DNA of 64,000 nucleotides, taken from assembly GCA_964503025.1 (NCBI GenBank), contig CAZCZF010000002.1, positions 2,999-66,998 of the forward strand, written 5' to 3'. Source of the DNA: an uncultured Vampirovibrio sp. GTDB lineage: Bacteria; Cyanobacteriota; Vampirovibrionia; Gastranaerophilales; Gastranaerophilaceae. Below, in pieces: positions 19,344 through 28,647 of this stretch. Every line of letters starts with the position of its first letter. Within the stretch, counting starts at the first letter, position 1. Position numbers and translations under genes: made by a program. The notes under the pieces are model-generated. The model saw only the letters and a list, made by a program, of their open reading frames with translations. It was not told the DNA's origin and ran no database searches.

Positions 19344-20705
19344 ATGGCGAAGATTAAGTCAAAATACGTATGTCAAAGTTGTGGGTATGAAACTGCCGGT
19401 TATTTGGGTAAATGTCCTGAGTGTGGTAGTTGGGGTTCTTTTGTGGAAGAAATTGATACTCCTCAAAAACCTGTCTTGAAAGAGATTGATAATACTAATC
19501 CGCCAATGAGGCTTGATGAAATCGTGACCAATTCTGAAATAAGAATGGGGACGAATATTTCAGAGTTTGATAGAGTTTTAGGCGGAGGGATTGTTCAAGG
19601 TTCTTTGGTGCTTATAGCAGGTGATCCCGGAATAGGAAAATCTACATTGTTGTTGCAAACGGCAGGTGAGCTTTGTAAAAACAATAAAAAGATTTTGTAT
19701 GTGTCAGCAGAAGAGTCTGCGGGACAAATTAAATTGAGAGCGGAGCGACTTGGTATAAAAACGGACAATCTTTATATTTATCCCCAGACGAATTTGGAAT
19801 CAGTAAAAAAATATGTTACGGAAATGCAGCCGGATTTAGTTATTGTGGATAGTATTCAAGCTGTTTATACTGCACAAATTCAAAGTTCTGCGGGTAGCGT
19901 TTCTCAAATCAGAGAGTGCTGCAATATGTTAATGCAAACCGCAAAAACACAAAATATTTCAATCATTGTTATCGGGCATGTGACTAAAGAAGGTAATATT
20001 GCAGGACCGAAAGTTCTGGAACACATGGTTGACACGGTTATTCAATTTGAGGGTGACAAGTATAAAACTTACAGAATTTTGCGTTCTGTTAAAAATCGTT
20101 TTGGTAATACTTCAGAGGTTGGTATTTTTGAAATGAGCGGAAAAGGATTAACAGAAGTTATTAATCCAAGCGAATTGTTTTTGAAAGAATATAATCAAAC
20201 TCAAACTCCGGGGAGTACAATAATTGTAACCAGTGAGGGCACAAGACCATTATTGGTAGAAATTCAAGCTTTGGTCGGAACAACTCCTTATCCTGCGCCG
20301 AGAAGGGTTGCTAATGGTGTGGATACAAGCAGAGTATTGCAAATTCTTGCAGTGTTGGAAAAAAGAATAGGATTAAATCTTTCTAAGCAAGATGTTTATG
20401 TGAATGTAATTGGCGGTATTGATGTTGACGAACCGGCTGCAGATTTGGGCATTGCGCTTGCAATTGTTACGTGCGTAAGAGATGTTCTTTTCGATTCACG
20501 CACGGCAATTGTTGGTGAAATAGGACTTTCAGGAGAGATTAGAGCTGTTAATCATATTGAAAAAAGAATTACTGAGGCTCAAAAACTTGGTTTCAAGCGC
20601 ATTATTATTCCAGAAGCAAATGAGCTTCAGGAAAAAATTGAAGGTATAGAGGTGGTTAAGATTAGGAAAATTTTGGAAGCAATAACACGCGGAGTTGCAA
20701 AATAG
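19344..20705 (+). CDS. radA: DNA repair protein RadA/Sms
   Basis: CQSCG/CPECG zinc finger, GDPGIGKST, KNRFG. Confidence 0.97.
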   Translation: MAKIKSKYVCQSCGYETAGYLGKCPECGSWGSFVEEIDTPQKPVLKEIDNTNPPMRLDEIVTNSEIRMGTNISEFDRVLGGGIVQGSLVLIAGDPGIGKSTLLLQTAGELCKNNKKILYVSAEESAGQIKLRAERLGIKTDNLYIYPQTNLESVKKYVTEMQPDLVIVDSIQAVYTAQIQSSAGSVSQIRECCNMLMQTAKTQNISIIVIGHVTKEGNIAGPKVLEHMVDTVIQFEGDKYKTYRILRSVKNRFGNTSEVGIFEMSGKGLTEVINPSELFLKEYNQTQTPGSTIIVTSEGTRPLLVEIQALVGTTPYPAPRRVANGVDTSRVLQILAVLEKRIGLNLSKQDVYVNVIGGIDVDEPAADLGIALAIVTCVRDVLFDSRTAIVGEIGLSGEIRAVNHIEKRITEAQKLGFKRIIIPEANELQEKIEGIEVVKIRKILEAITRGVAK

Positions 20706-20708
20706 ATT

Positions 20709-21524
20709 ATGATTATTGATTCGCACACTCATGTCGGAAAGTCGTTTTGGGGAGATTTTTCACCGGAATTTTTATTGAATGTTATAGGTGATGTTGATTA
20801 TGCGATATGTTCTCATCTGGAAGGAATTGATACTGTAACAGGAAAAGATGAGACGGAATGTAATCTTGAAATGCTTGAAATATGTAAAAAGTTTACAAAG
20901 TTCAAGGCGCTTGCGGTGTGTGAAGTTCATAAGACGGAAAATGCAAGTCAAATTCGCAAGTTGCTGGGTGAACATCCTGAATTTATTGGGTTGAAGCTTC
21001 ATCCCGAATTTACTAAGCTTACTGCGACTTCTGAAAAATATGACGATTATTTAAGAGTAGCACAAGAGTTCGGGAAGCCATGCCTGTATCATAGTGGACA
21101 TATAAAATCGCGTTTTTCTTCACCTGAGTTAATATATCAAAAAGCAAGAGAGTTTCCCGATGTTCCGATTATTTTGGGACATTTGTCTACAGGACCGAGA
21201 ACATCACATGAAGCAGCAATTGAAATTCTGGTGGAGTCAATTGAGAAAAAGACGGCAACTCTTTATGTTGATACCTCTTGGATTGGAATTGAGGATACGC
21301 TTCTTTTGATTGAAAGATTAAAAAATACAAAGTGCGGTGATTATACCCATCGTATTATGTGGGCATCTGACGCGCCTGTCGGTGATTTTAACCAAAAACA
21401 AGAATTATACCTAAAAAATTTGAAAGAATTTCAATCTGCCGTCAGCGAAAATTTTAATGACAAAAATCTATTGGAAAATTTGTTATTTAAAAATGTCCAA
21501 AAGCTTTATGGCATTAAATTGTAG
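20709..21524 (+). CDS. Metal-dependent amidohydrolase (TIM barrel)
   Basis: DSHTH, LKLHP, YHSGH, LGHL, VDTS, ASDAP. Confidence 0.85.
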   Translation: MIIDSHTHVGKSFWGDFSPEFLLNVIGDVDYAICSHLEGIDTVTGKDETECNLEMLEICKKFTKFKALAVCEVHKTENASQIRKLLGEHPEFIGLKLHPEFTKLTATSEKYDDYLRVAQEFGKPCLYHSGHIKSRFSSPELIYQKAREFPDVPIILGHLSTGPRTSHEAAIEILVESIEKKTATLYVDTSWIGIEDTLLLIERLKNTKCGDYTHRIMWASDAPVGDFNQKQELYLKNLKEFQSAVSENFNDKNLLENLLFKNVQKLYGIKL

Positions 21525-21526
21525 TG

Positions 21527-23230
21527 CTATCTACCCTTTATTTTTGCTGCAATTTTCTGACATCTGAGTTTATCAACTTCTTCCAAAACTTTTGCAACAG
21601 GAACATCCCAAGCACCGGAAGTAGGACATTGGAAAGGCTTAATGCTTTTGTACCAAGCAATATCTTCGCCTTCGGTTTTAAACCAACGCCATTCAACAAT
21701 TCTGTTAAATAAGCCGAAAGTCTTAATTCCGAGTGCTCCCGCAAGGTTCATAACGCCGTTGTCGGTTGTAACCATCAAATCCATGCAATTCATTGCACAA
21801 GCAGTATCTTCCCAATTGTGGAAGGTTTTACCGAGTCGGATAAGTTGGGCATCTTGCGGAATACGATCCATTTGACGCGTTAAATCATCTACTTGGAAGC
21901 TGTATACTTCTACATCAGGAAGTTGCATTAACGGATACAAGAAATGAAGCGGAATGTCTCTGTCTGTTTCCTTGGAAGCAAGTGTACCTTCAAAAGCAAT
22001 ACCGATTTTGATTTTATCGTTGTCGTTAATATGTTCTTTTTTGTATGCGTTAATTTTTGACTTAAGTACTTTCAAGTATCCGCCGGCTTTTGGTATTGTA
22101 GTCGGTTTTGTTTCGCACACAATAGGCAAGTCCATCATCGGAATCCAATAATCGTAATTGATTGTTGGAATTTGATCTTCCGTGTAGATATTTACACCAA
22201 GTTTTGAAGCTTCAAAAAGTGATACAAGAGGTTTTTGTACAACAAGGGAAACTTCTTTGCATCTTTTCTTGAGTTCATCCAAGAATCTGACAAACATAAT
22301 AGAGTCACCGAAACCTTGTTCAAAGTGTACAAGAATTTTTTTGTCTTTGATATCAAGTTTCATGTTCCATTTTTTCTTCTTAGTTGTAAGAAGTGGCGGG
22401 AATGCAACATTTTTTAAATCTTCTTTTAGGAATCTGTGTTGCAGGAATTTGAATCCTTCCGCAAAACGTTGATGACGTACAAGATAAGCGCCGTATGCAT
22501 GTAAATCCGAGTGTGTAGGGCTTAGATACATAAGTTTGGAATAAAACTCATCTGCTTTTTGAACTTCATCAAATTTACCGTAAACGTATGCAAGGTTTTT
22601 AACAATAATTCTGTTTTGCGGAGCAAGTTCATATGCTTTGGTGAGATATTCAATTTGTTTCTCTTTAAATTTGTCTTGATAACAAGTTGAATACAAGTGA
22701 CCGAGCATATTGTAAATTGAAAAATTGTTTATATTCTTTTCAAGTGCTTTTTCGTAGTATTCAATAGCCTTTTTATTATCCTTGATGTCAGTGTAAGTAA
22801 GGTCTGCAAGATATACATAAACATCTTCTTTATCTGGTGATATTTCTTCAAAACGTTTAAGGAATTTGATTGCGAGGTCGGCATTACCAATTGATTTCAT
22901 ACATAAACCGATATTTTTATAGATATTGATTGGAAATCCTGAATAACGCATTATGTCGCGGTATTGTTCGATTGCTTCAATGTATTTTTTGTCTAAATAA
23001 AGTTTTTGTGCAAAGTTCAATGCGGCATTTATATATTGGTTAATAATGCTGTTTCGCTCAGCTTCGTCTGCAATGCTTGTAATTGCTTCTCTGTATATTG
23101 TTAATCCGCGTTCATAATCGTTGTTTTTGCAATAATATTCTGCCATTGCAATGTCCAATGAATTGATTAAGTCTTTTGAATTATCCATTGGAACTTCTTT
23201 TCTTACAACCAAACGTTTTGAAACTTGCAT
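21527..23230 (-). CDS. TPR-containing glycosyltransferase (GT9-like C-terminal domain)
   Basis: N-terminal TPRs; EQGFGDSIMFVRF, IPMMDLP, DNGVMNLAGALG. Confidence 0.8.
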   Translation of the reverse strand: MQVSKRLVVRKEVPMDNSKDLINSLDIAMAEYYCKNNDYERGLTIYREAITSIADEAERNSIINQYINAALNFAQKLYLDKKYIEAIEQYRDIMRYSGFPINIYKNIGLCMKSIGNADLAIKFLKRFEEISPDKEDVYVYLADLTYTDIKDNKKAIEYYEKALEKNINNFSIYNMLGHLYSTCYQDKFKEKQIEYLTKAYELAPQNRIIVKNLAYVYGKFDEVQKADEFYSKLMYLSPTHSDLHAYGAYLVRHQRFAEGFKFLQHRFLKEDLKNVAFPPLLTTKKKKWNMKLDIKDKKILVHFEQGFGDSIMFVRFLDELKKRCKEVSLVVQKPLVSLFEASKLGVNIYTEDQIPTINYDYWIPMMDLPIVCETKPTTIPKAGGYLKVLKSKINAYKKEHINDNDKIKIGIAFEGTLASKETDRDIPLHFLYPLMQLPDVEVYSFQVDDLTRQMDRIPQDAQLIRLGKTFHNWEDTACAMNCMDLMVTTDNGVMNLAGALGIKTFGLFNRIVEWRWFKTEGEDIAWYKSIKPFQCPTSGAWDVPVAKVLEEVDKLRCQKIAAKIKGR

Positions 23231-23349
23231 ACTTTCCTCGCTTTGTAATACCTACTTAGCAAAATGATAGCACATCTTTTCTGCTCTGAAATGGGCTATT
23301 TATAGGATTATTTCGGTATAAACGTCGGTTTTAAAAAAGGTGTTGCCGT

Positions 23350-23384
23350 AAAAAAAAGACTAGCATTGCTGCAAGTCTTTTTTT
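23350..23384 (-). terminator. Intrinsic terminator after tRNA-Leu
   Basis: Minus strand AAAAAAAGACTTGCA-gcaa-TGCTAGTCTTTTTTTT. Confidence 0.75.
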
Positions 23385-23389
23385 AAATA

Positions 23390-23476
23390 TGCCCTTGGCC
23401 AGACTTGAACTGGCACCGAGGGTGAACCCCGATTGGATTTTAAGTCCAACGCGTCTACCGATTCCGCCACAAGGGC
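23390..23476 (-). tRNA. tRNA-Leu (anticodon TAA), long variable arm, CCA not encoded
   Basis: GCCCTTG acceptor stem; D arm GGCGGAATCGGTAGACGC; anticodon arm TTGGA-CTTAAAA-TCCAA; T arm GCCAG-TTCAAGT-CTGGC. Confidence 0.95.
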
Positions 23477-23493
23477 ATATTGTCAACAAACTA

Positions 23494-23522
23494 ATGATAA
23501 TATAAACACTATAATAAGTCAA
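23494..23522 (-). promoter_or_regulatory. Sigma70-type promoter of tRNA-Leu
   Basis: Minus strand TTGACT-N17-TATCAT. Confidence 0.7.
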
Positions 23523-23524
23523 TC

Positions 23525-23553
23525 AAAAAGAGAGCGCAAACTTTGCACTCTCT
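23525..23553 (-). terminator. Intrinsic terminator after the YtxH-like gene
   Basis: Minus strand GAGAGTGCAA-agt-TTGCGCTCTC-TTTTT. Confidence 0.7.
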
Positions 23554-23597
23554 CAATTCTCTTTTTTAGCTGTTTTTAATAGCTATTGTTTAGCGGT

Positions 23598-23861
23598 TTA
23601 TGCTTCGTTTCCTTGTTTGTTGAGCATATCTTGGATTTTTCCCATGATTTCTTCGCTTTTTTCCTGAACATCAGAAACGATATTATCTGCTCTTCTTTGT
23701 ATATCTTTTACTGATTCATCAGTTTTTTTAGCAATATCAGAAGCCATATCGCCAAGCATTTCTCTTGTTTCCGCTCCGGATTTTGGTGCAAGCAAAATAC
23801 CTGCAACTGCGCCGATTGCAGCACCTACCGCAAAGCCTGTTAAAAATTTTGTTACTGACAT
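23598..23861 (-). CDS. YtxH-domain protein
   Basis: GFAVGAAIGAVAGILLAPKSGAETR. Confidence 0.9.
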   Translation of the reverse strand: MSVTKFLTGFAVGAAIGAVAGILLAPKSGAETREMLGDMASDIAKKTDESVKDIQRRADNIVSDVQEKSEEIMGKIQDMLNKQGNEA

Positions 23862-23945
23862 ATATTTTTCTCCTTCAAATGTAGTTTAACTGTATCTTTA
23901 AAATTTTTTATTCGCCAACTGTTTATTTTTGGGCTTTATATCAGC

Positions 23946-24314
23946 CTATGCTTTTTTTGTAAAAAATTTAAAAGCAGTGCTGATTCCGCTTAGGAAACCT
24001 TTTGATATTGTGCCGGTTACGGCAGAAAGTTTGGTTAATAATCTGAGCGGTGAATTTTTAATAATTTCTTTTACCTTGTTTACACCTTCATCAGCCTTAA
24101 TGATAATACCGCTTACGATTTCAACGGATTTGTTAATATTTTTCAGTGTAGGTACTAACTCCGTTTTAATAATAGTGGCAGTCTCATCAACATTTTTTGC
24201 TAGTTTTGATAAATCATACAAAACCTTTATGAGCATTCCTCCGACAAGAATTACGATAACCCCTGTTGAATATGCCAAAAATGTTAAACTTGTATATAAT
24301 TGTGCTGTTTCCAT
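23946..24314 (-). CDS. DUF948-like membrane-anchored coiled-coil protein
   Basis: N-terminal TM followed by helical repeats; located between two YtxH genes. Confidence 0.65.
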   Translation of the reverse strand: METAQLYTSLTFLAYSTGVIVILVGGMLIKVLYDLSKLAKNVDETATIIKTELVPTLKNINKSVEIVSGIIIKADEGVNKVKEIIKNSPLRLLTKLSAVTGTISKGFLSGISTAFKFFTKKA

Positions 24315-24388
24315 GTTTTTTTCCTATTTCTCGTAGTCATGTTCTGTGTCGAGTGTGGTCTTGATTGACTTGATACCCGATTTTATCT

Positions 24389-24700
24389 CTAAAAGTCGTA
24401 TTCGTCCATTTGTTCAAGTTCTTTTGCTTTTCTAAGTTTTTTTGATTTAATCATGTTAGCAAATTTTTTGTATTCTCTTTCTAACTTATATTTCAGTAAG
24501 TCAATTGAATCCATAGCTTGTTTTTTAGCTTCTTGAACAGCAGGAGAATGCTTTTCTGCTAAATCGCAAACGGTTTCCTTAACTTTTTCTCTCATTTCTG
24601 CCCCGGGACGAGGTGCAAAAAGTACGCCGGCGATAAGTCCGCCAACCACACCTGCAAGAAGTCCCATGCCGAAACCAAATGATGATTTATCCTTACTCAT
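24389..24700 (-). CDS. YtxH-domain protein
   Basis: GLLAGVVGGLIAGVLFAPRPGAEMR. Confidence 0.88.
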   Translation of the reverse strand: MSKDKSSFGFGMGLLAGVVGGLIAGVLFAPRPGAEMREKVKETVCDLAEKHSPAVQEAKKQAMDSIDLLKYKLEREYKKFANMIKSKKLRKAKELEQMDEYDF

Positions 24701-24731
24701 AATGTACCTCTTTCTTGTATCTGCTGCTATA

Positions 24732-25103
24732 TTATATCATATTATTAACAAGGGATAAACCCTTAAAAATGGCTTTTAAAAATTTTGATTTTTTAATTTT
24801 ACGCATTACTTTTGTCTTAATGCGCCAAAACAAAATTGCTGACAATAATCCTTCCAGTTTTGAAAGGATTATTTTATCGCGAAATCGGTAGAAGTTATCC
24901 ACTCATATCGGTGTAAGTTCTGCCAGTTGCTCGGAAATTCCTCTTACAAGTTTTGCAATATCGCTAATTTTTGTCATGGATTTTTCTAAGTACAAGTTCT
25001 TTTCCTGAATAAATTTATCGAACTTGAATAGCCAAAAAATTAACGTGAATGCGATTATTAACTGCGAAATAAAAACTATAAACGTAAAAATTGTTAAAAC
25101 CAT
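24732..25103 (-). pseudogene. Probable membrane protein gene interrupted by one in-frame TGA at 24903-24905
   Basis: The 66-codon ORF continues in frame for 56 more sense codons after the TGA (VDNFYRFRDKIILSKLEGLLSAILFWRIK...NNMI) to TAA at 24732-24734. Confidence 0.55.
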
Positions 25104-25185
25104 ATTTTCCCATGTATATTTGTATTATTATATGATTATATTTTATAATTTTGCAAAAATAAATACACTTGGAGGATTATTTCTT

Positions 25186-26526
25186 GTGGATAAATTAACT
25201 TTTTATTTCTCTATAATTACTGCAAAAACGGCATATACGTTGTTGCAGCTAACAAAACTTTCCTCCGGAACATCAATAATCGGCAAAGTTGTTTTAAAAC
25301 TTTGTCCGAATTTTTTGTCAGAGTGCAATAAATACATAAAAACTAAAATCAATGTAACCGGAACTAACGGAAAAACTACGACTTCCGGCTTAATTTCGCA
25401 TTTGTTAAAGAAGAGCAACGCTTCTGTTGTTAATAATGCGCTTGGTGCAAATATGCTAACGGGTGTTGTGAATGCTCTTTCAGTTTCGCTAAATCCTTTT
25501 GTAATGACGGATTATTCAGTAATAGAATCTGACGAGGCTTATCTTTCAAAGATTTATAATCAATTTGAAGCGGATTATCTCGTTGTAACAAATCTTTTTC
25601 GTGATCAATTGGATAGATACGGTGAACTTGCGACGACAAAAAAACTTATTCAGGAAGGTATTGATAAAAAACCGAATTTAACGTTGTTTCTAAATGCTGA
25701 TGACCCTTTGGTAGCTTCTTTTGAAGCTAAAAATAAAATTTTTTACGGGATTGAAAATGTTTATTATGCAAACGAGAAACCTTGCGGATATGGTGTAGAA
25801 AATTCAGATAGGAAATTGGGTGAAACAATTTCTGTAGAAGAAGTTTTTAACTGTATTTGCGGAAAACCTTTGAAATACGAGAAGAAGTTTTTTGCTCAAC
25901 AGGGGCACTATTATTGTGATTGCGGGTACAAACGAGTTGAACCTAAGTATAAAGCTGATGTTACTTTATACAAAGATTTTTCTGTTTTGAAAATCAACGG
26001 AGTAAATTACAATGTTCCTTTAACAGGTTTGTTTAATGCGTATAATGCACTCGCTGCAATCGCGCTTGCGCTTGAATTAGGCATAGATAACATTGAGGAA
26101 AATTTGCAAACTTTTAAAGTCGCGTTTGGGAGAAGTGAAGTAAAGTTTTTAAACGGAAAGCGGACGCTAATCCAGTTGATAAAAAATCCTATCGGTGCAA
26201 ATGAAGTTCTAAAGACGGTTGATAAAGATTCAAACCTTCTGATTATAATTAACGATAATTATGCTGACGGACGTGATGTCTCGTGGCTATGGGATGCGGA
26301 GTTTGAAAAAATAAATGATAATAGTCATGAAATTGTTGTTTCCGGAACACGAGCAGAGGATATGGCTTTGAGACTTAAGTACGCGGATGTAAAAAATATC
26401 AAAGTTATTCCGGATATCAAAAAAGCGGTTGAATATGTAGGAAAATCGGCGGATAATAGTATTACAATATTGCCGACTTATACAGCATTGTTGAAAATTA
26501 ATAAGCTAAAAGAGTTAAAGGATTAA
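25186..26526 (+). CDS. murT: MurT-like Mur ligase with DUF1727 domain (lipid II amidotransferase subunit)
   Basis: GTNGKTTT, NLFRDQLDRYGE, CICG...CDCG, KNPIG, DGRDVSWLWD. GTG start at 25186 follows GGAGGA. Confidence 0.85.
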   Translation: MDKLTFYFSIITAKTAYTLLQLTKLSSGTSIIGKVVLKLCPNFLSECNKYIKTKINVTGTNGKTTTSGLISHLLKKSNASVVNNALGANMLTGVVNALSVSLNPFVMTDYSVIESDEAYLSKIYNQFEADYLVVTNLFRDQLDRYGELATTKKLIQEGIDKKPNLTLFLNADDPLVASFEAKNKIFYGIENVYYANEKPCGYGVENSDRKLGETISVEEVFNCICGKPLKYEKKFFAQQGHYYCDCGYKRVEPKYKADVTLYKDFSVLKINGVNYNVPLTGLFNAYNALAAIALALELGIDNIEENLQTFKVAFGRSEVKFLNGKRTLIQLIKNPIGANEVLKTVDKDSNLLIIINDNYADGRDVSWLWDAEFEKINDNSHEIVVSGTRAEDMALRLKYADVKNIKVIPDIKKAVEYVGKSADNSITILPTYTALLKINKLKELKD

Positions 26527-26554
26527 CCTTTAACCCACTCCTCAACGGAGAAGG
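26527..26554 (+). repeat. Degenerate BoxC-like pyrimidine-tail/palindrome repeat
   Basis: CCTTTAACCCACTCCTCAACGGAGAAGG resembles the reverse complement of the 58687 copy. Confidence 0.35.
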
Positions 26555-26574
26555 TGCGAGACAAAGGAGGAAAA

Positions 26575-27288
26575 ATGTTATTAGGTGTAAATATAGATCA
26601 TATAGCGACATTGAGAAATGCACGTGGCGGACTTGAACCGGATATTATGACTGCTGTCAGAATTGGTAAGGATTGTAATGTTGCATCAATAACCACGCAT
26701 TTACGCGAGGACAGGCGTCATATTAAAGACGCAGATGTTGAAGCTATTAGAAAGTTTCCTCGTGTGCGTTTGAATTTGGAAATGGCAATGACGGATGAAA
26801 TGCAAGAATTTGCACTAAAAATCAGACCTCATGCAATTTGTCTTGTTCCGGAAAAAAGACAAGAGCTTACTACTGAAGGTGGGCTTGATGTGGCAGGACA
26901 ACTTGATAGGGCAAAAGAATTTGTTAAACCTTTGTTGGAAAAGAATATTGAAGTAAGTTTCTTCATTGACCCTGATGTGCACCAAATTTCTGCGGTTTCA
27001 AAAACGGGTGCTCCTTTTATTGAATTACATACGGGCAGATATTCAGAAGCTTTTGGAACACAAGCTGAAGAAAAGGCGTTTCAGGATTTAAAAGGCGGAG
27101 CAATTTTTGCTCAAAATTTTGGGCTTAAAGTTAATGCGGGACACGGTTTGAATTATCAAAATGTTAAAAGAATGCACGAAATTCCAAATTTGTGTGAGCT
27201 TAATATCGGACATTCAATTATTGCTCGTTCTGTGTTTGTAGGTTTAGAACAAGCGGTTAAAGAGATGAAGCAGTTGTGTGAGGGATAA
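26575..27288 (+). CDS. pdxJ: Pyridoxine 5'-phosphate synthase
   Basis: LGVNIDHIATLRNAR, HLREDRRHI, ELHTG, NAGHGL, NIGHSII. ATG at 26575 follows GGAGG. Confidence 0.97.
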   Translation: MLLGVNIDHIATLRNARGGLEPDIMTAVRIGKDCNVASITTHLREDRRHIKDADVEAIRKFPRVRLNLEMAMTDEMQEFALKIRPHAICLVPEKRQELTTEGGLDVAGQLDRAKEFVKPLLEKNIEVSFFIDPDVHQISAVSKTGAPFIELHTGRYSEAFGTQAEEKAFQDLKGGAIFAQNFGLKVNAGHGLNYQNVKRMHEIPNLCELNIGHSIIARSVFVGLEQAVKEMKQLCEG

Positions 27289-27295
27289 ATTATTG

Positions 27296-27325
27296 CCTCT
27301 CCTAAGTGGAGGGAGTTAAGAAAGG
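27296..27325 (-). repeat. Degenerate BoxC-like repeat
   Basis: CCTCTCCTAAGTGGAGGGAGTTAAGAAAGG resembles CCCTCTCCTTGAGGAGAGGGTTAGGGTGAGG at 58687. Confidence 0.4.
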
Positions 27326-27332
27326 ATCGCTA

Positions 27333-27650
27333 ATGAAAAACAAAGAAGAAGTTGTAAAAGAAATGCAGTTGGTCGTTGAACAAATGCGACTTGATGATAT
27401 AGAAGAAAATCCTGATTGCGAAAACGAGTTTTTCACCTGTGATGCTTGTGGTGCAACTAAGTCTCTTGCAGGTTCAGTTCAGTATGGACAAAATTACAGA
27501 TTATGTAACGACTGCGTTTTGCTTGCTGAAGTCGGATTTGAGCTTGGGCAAATTAAAAATATTGAAGAATTAATTGATGCAATGGATGACAAGCGACTTG
27601 AAGCGGATTGTGAATTTCTTAAACAAGAAGAAAAAAAGTTGCAGAATTAA
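27333..27650 (+). CDS. Small acidic protein with CxxC...CxxC metal-binding motif
   Basis: FTCDACG...RLCNDC; ATG at 27333 follows AAGG. Confidence 0.75.
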   Translation: MKNKEEVVKEMQLVVEQMRLDDIEENPDCENEFFTCDACGATKSLAGSVQYGQNYRLCNDCVLLAEVGFELGQIKNIEELIDAMDDKRLEADCEFLKQEEKKLQN

Positions 27651-27720
27651 GGTAATGTAATTTGCTCGTGTTTGTATTAAAATAGACTTGAAAAATCCAA
27701 CTAGACACGAGGTGATAATT

Positions 27721-28551
27721 ATGTGGGAATATTCGGAAAAAGTTTTGGATCACTACAGAAATCCCAGAAATGTAGGAAAAATTGATGACGCGAATTTGAT
27801 TGGTGAAGCAGGTTCGCTCGCGTGTGGTGATTCATTAAAATTATATATAAAATTAGATGGTAATGTTATTAAAGACGCAAAATTCCAAACTTTTGGATGC
27901 GGTTCTGCTGTTGCATCTTCAAGTATTTTGACCGAAATGATTATAGGCAAAACAATTGATGAAGCTGCAAAAATTACCAATAAAGATATTGCAAATGAAC
28001 TTGATGGACTTCCGCAAGAGAAGATGCACTGTTCTGTAATGGGGCACGAAGCATTGGAAAATGCTTTAAAGAAATATTATGGCGAAGATGAGATTGTAGA
28101 AGATGAATTCCATCAGAAAAGTGGTGAAAAAATCGTTTGTACTTGTTTTAACGTTACGGAAAACCAAATATGGGAAGCTATTAAAGTTAACGGACTTAGG
28201 ACAGTAGAAGAGGTTACAAATTATACAAAAGCCGGTGGTGCTTGCGGAAGGTGCAAAGGTGTTATCAAAGATATGATAGAAACATATTTGCGCAAAGAAA
28301 GCAAGGAACAAGAACTTACTCCGACACAAAAGATTTTGAAAATCAGCAAAGTAATTGAGCAGCAAATCTCTCCTCAACTTCAAAAAGACGGTGGAGATAT
28401 TGAGCTTGTTGATATTGAAAACAATATCGTAAAAGTTAGGCTTACCGGCATGTGCAGCGGATGTAAAAATGCACAGATGACGCTTAAAAACTTTGTTGAA
28501 TCAATTTTAAAAGATAAGGTTGATGAGAACTTGGAGATAGAGCAGGTGTAA
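27721..28551 (+). CDS. nifU: Three-domain NifU-type Fe-S scaffold (IscU + BFD-like [2Fe-2S] + Nfu)
   Basis: SLACGD, FGCGSA, KMHCSV; VCTCF...GACGRC; GMCSGC. ATG at 27721. Confidence 0.93.
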   Translation: MWEYSEKVLDHYRNPRNVGKIDDANLIGEAGSLACGDSLKLYIKLDGNVIKDAKFQTFGCGSAVASSSILTEMIIGKTIDEAAKITNKDIANELDGLPQEKMHCSVMGHEALENALKKYYGEDEIVEDEFHQKSGEKIVCTCFNVTENQIWEAIKVNGLRTVEEVTNYTKAGGACGRCKGVIKDMIETYLRKESKEQELTPTQKILKISKVIEQQISPQLQKDGGDIELVDIENNIVKVRLTGMCSGCKNAQMTLKNFVESILKDKVDENLEIEQV

Positions 28552-28607
28552 GTGCGCTTATTAAGCCGGTGGTTCGCTCAAAAGGAGTGCCGGTAGGTAT
28601 AATTTTA

Positions 28608-28634
28608 GTAGGTTGACGGAATGCGCTCCGCCAA
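28608..28634 (+). repeat. GTAG-type REP-like palindrome between nifU and nifS
   Basis: GTAG followed by G-TTGACGGA-atgcgc-TCCGCCAA (one mismatch). Confidence 0.4.
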
Positions 28635-28647
28635 AATGGTATAAAAA

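Noticed and set aside
23331-23522. 63-aa minus-strand ORF from the track
   Set aside because: Runs through tRNA-Leu and its terminator; shadow ORF.
24903-24905. Genome-wide TGA reassignment (code 4/25)
   Set aside because: TGA serves as a normal stop at ATGA-coupled junctions (7939, 8409, 37666) and at 5996; long genes here contain no other in-frame TGA.
25024-25185. N-terminal extension of the murT ORF from the track
   Set aside because: Overlaps the divergent gene; a GGAGGA RBS supports GTG at 25186.
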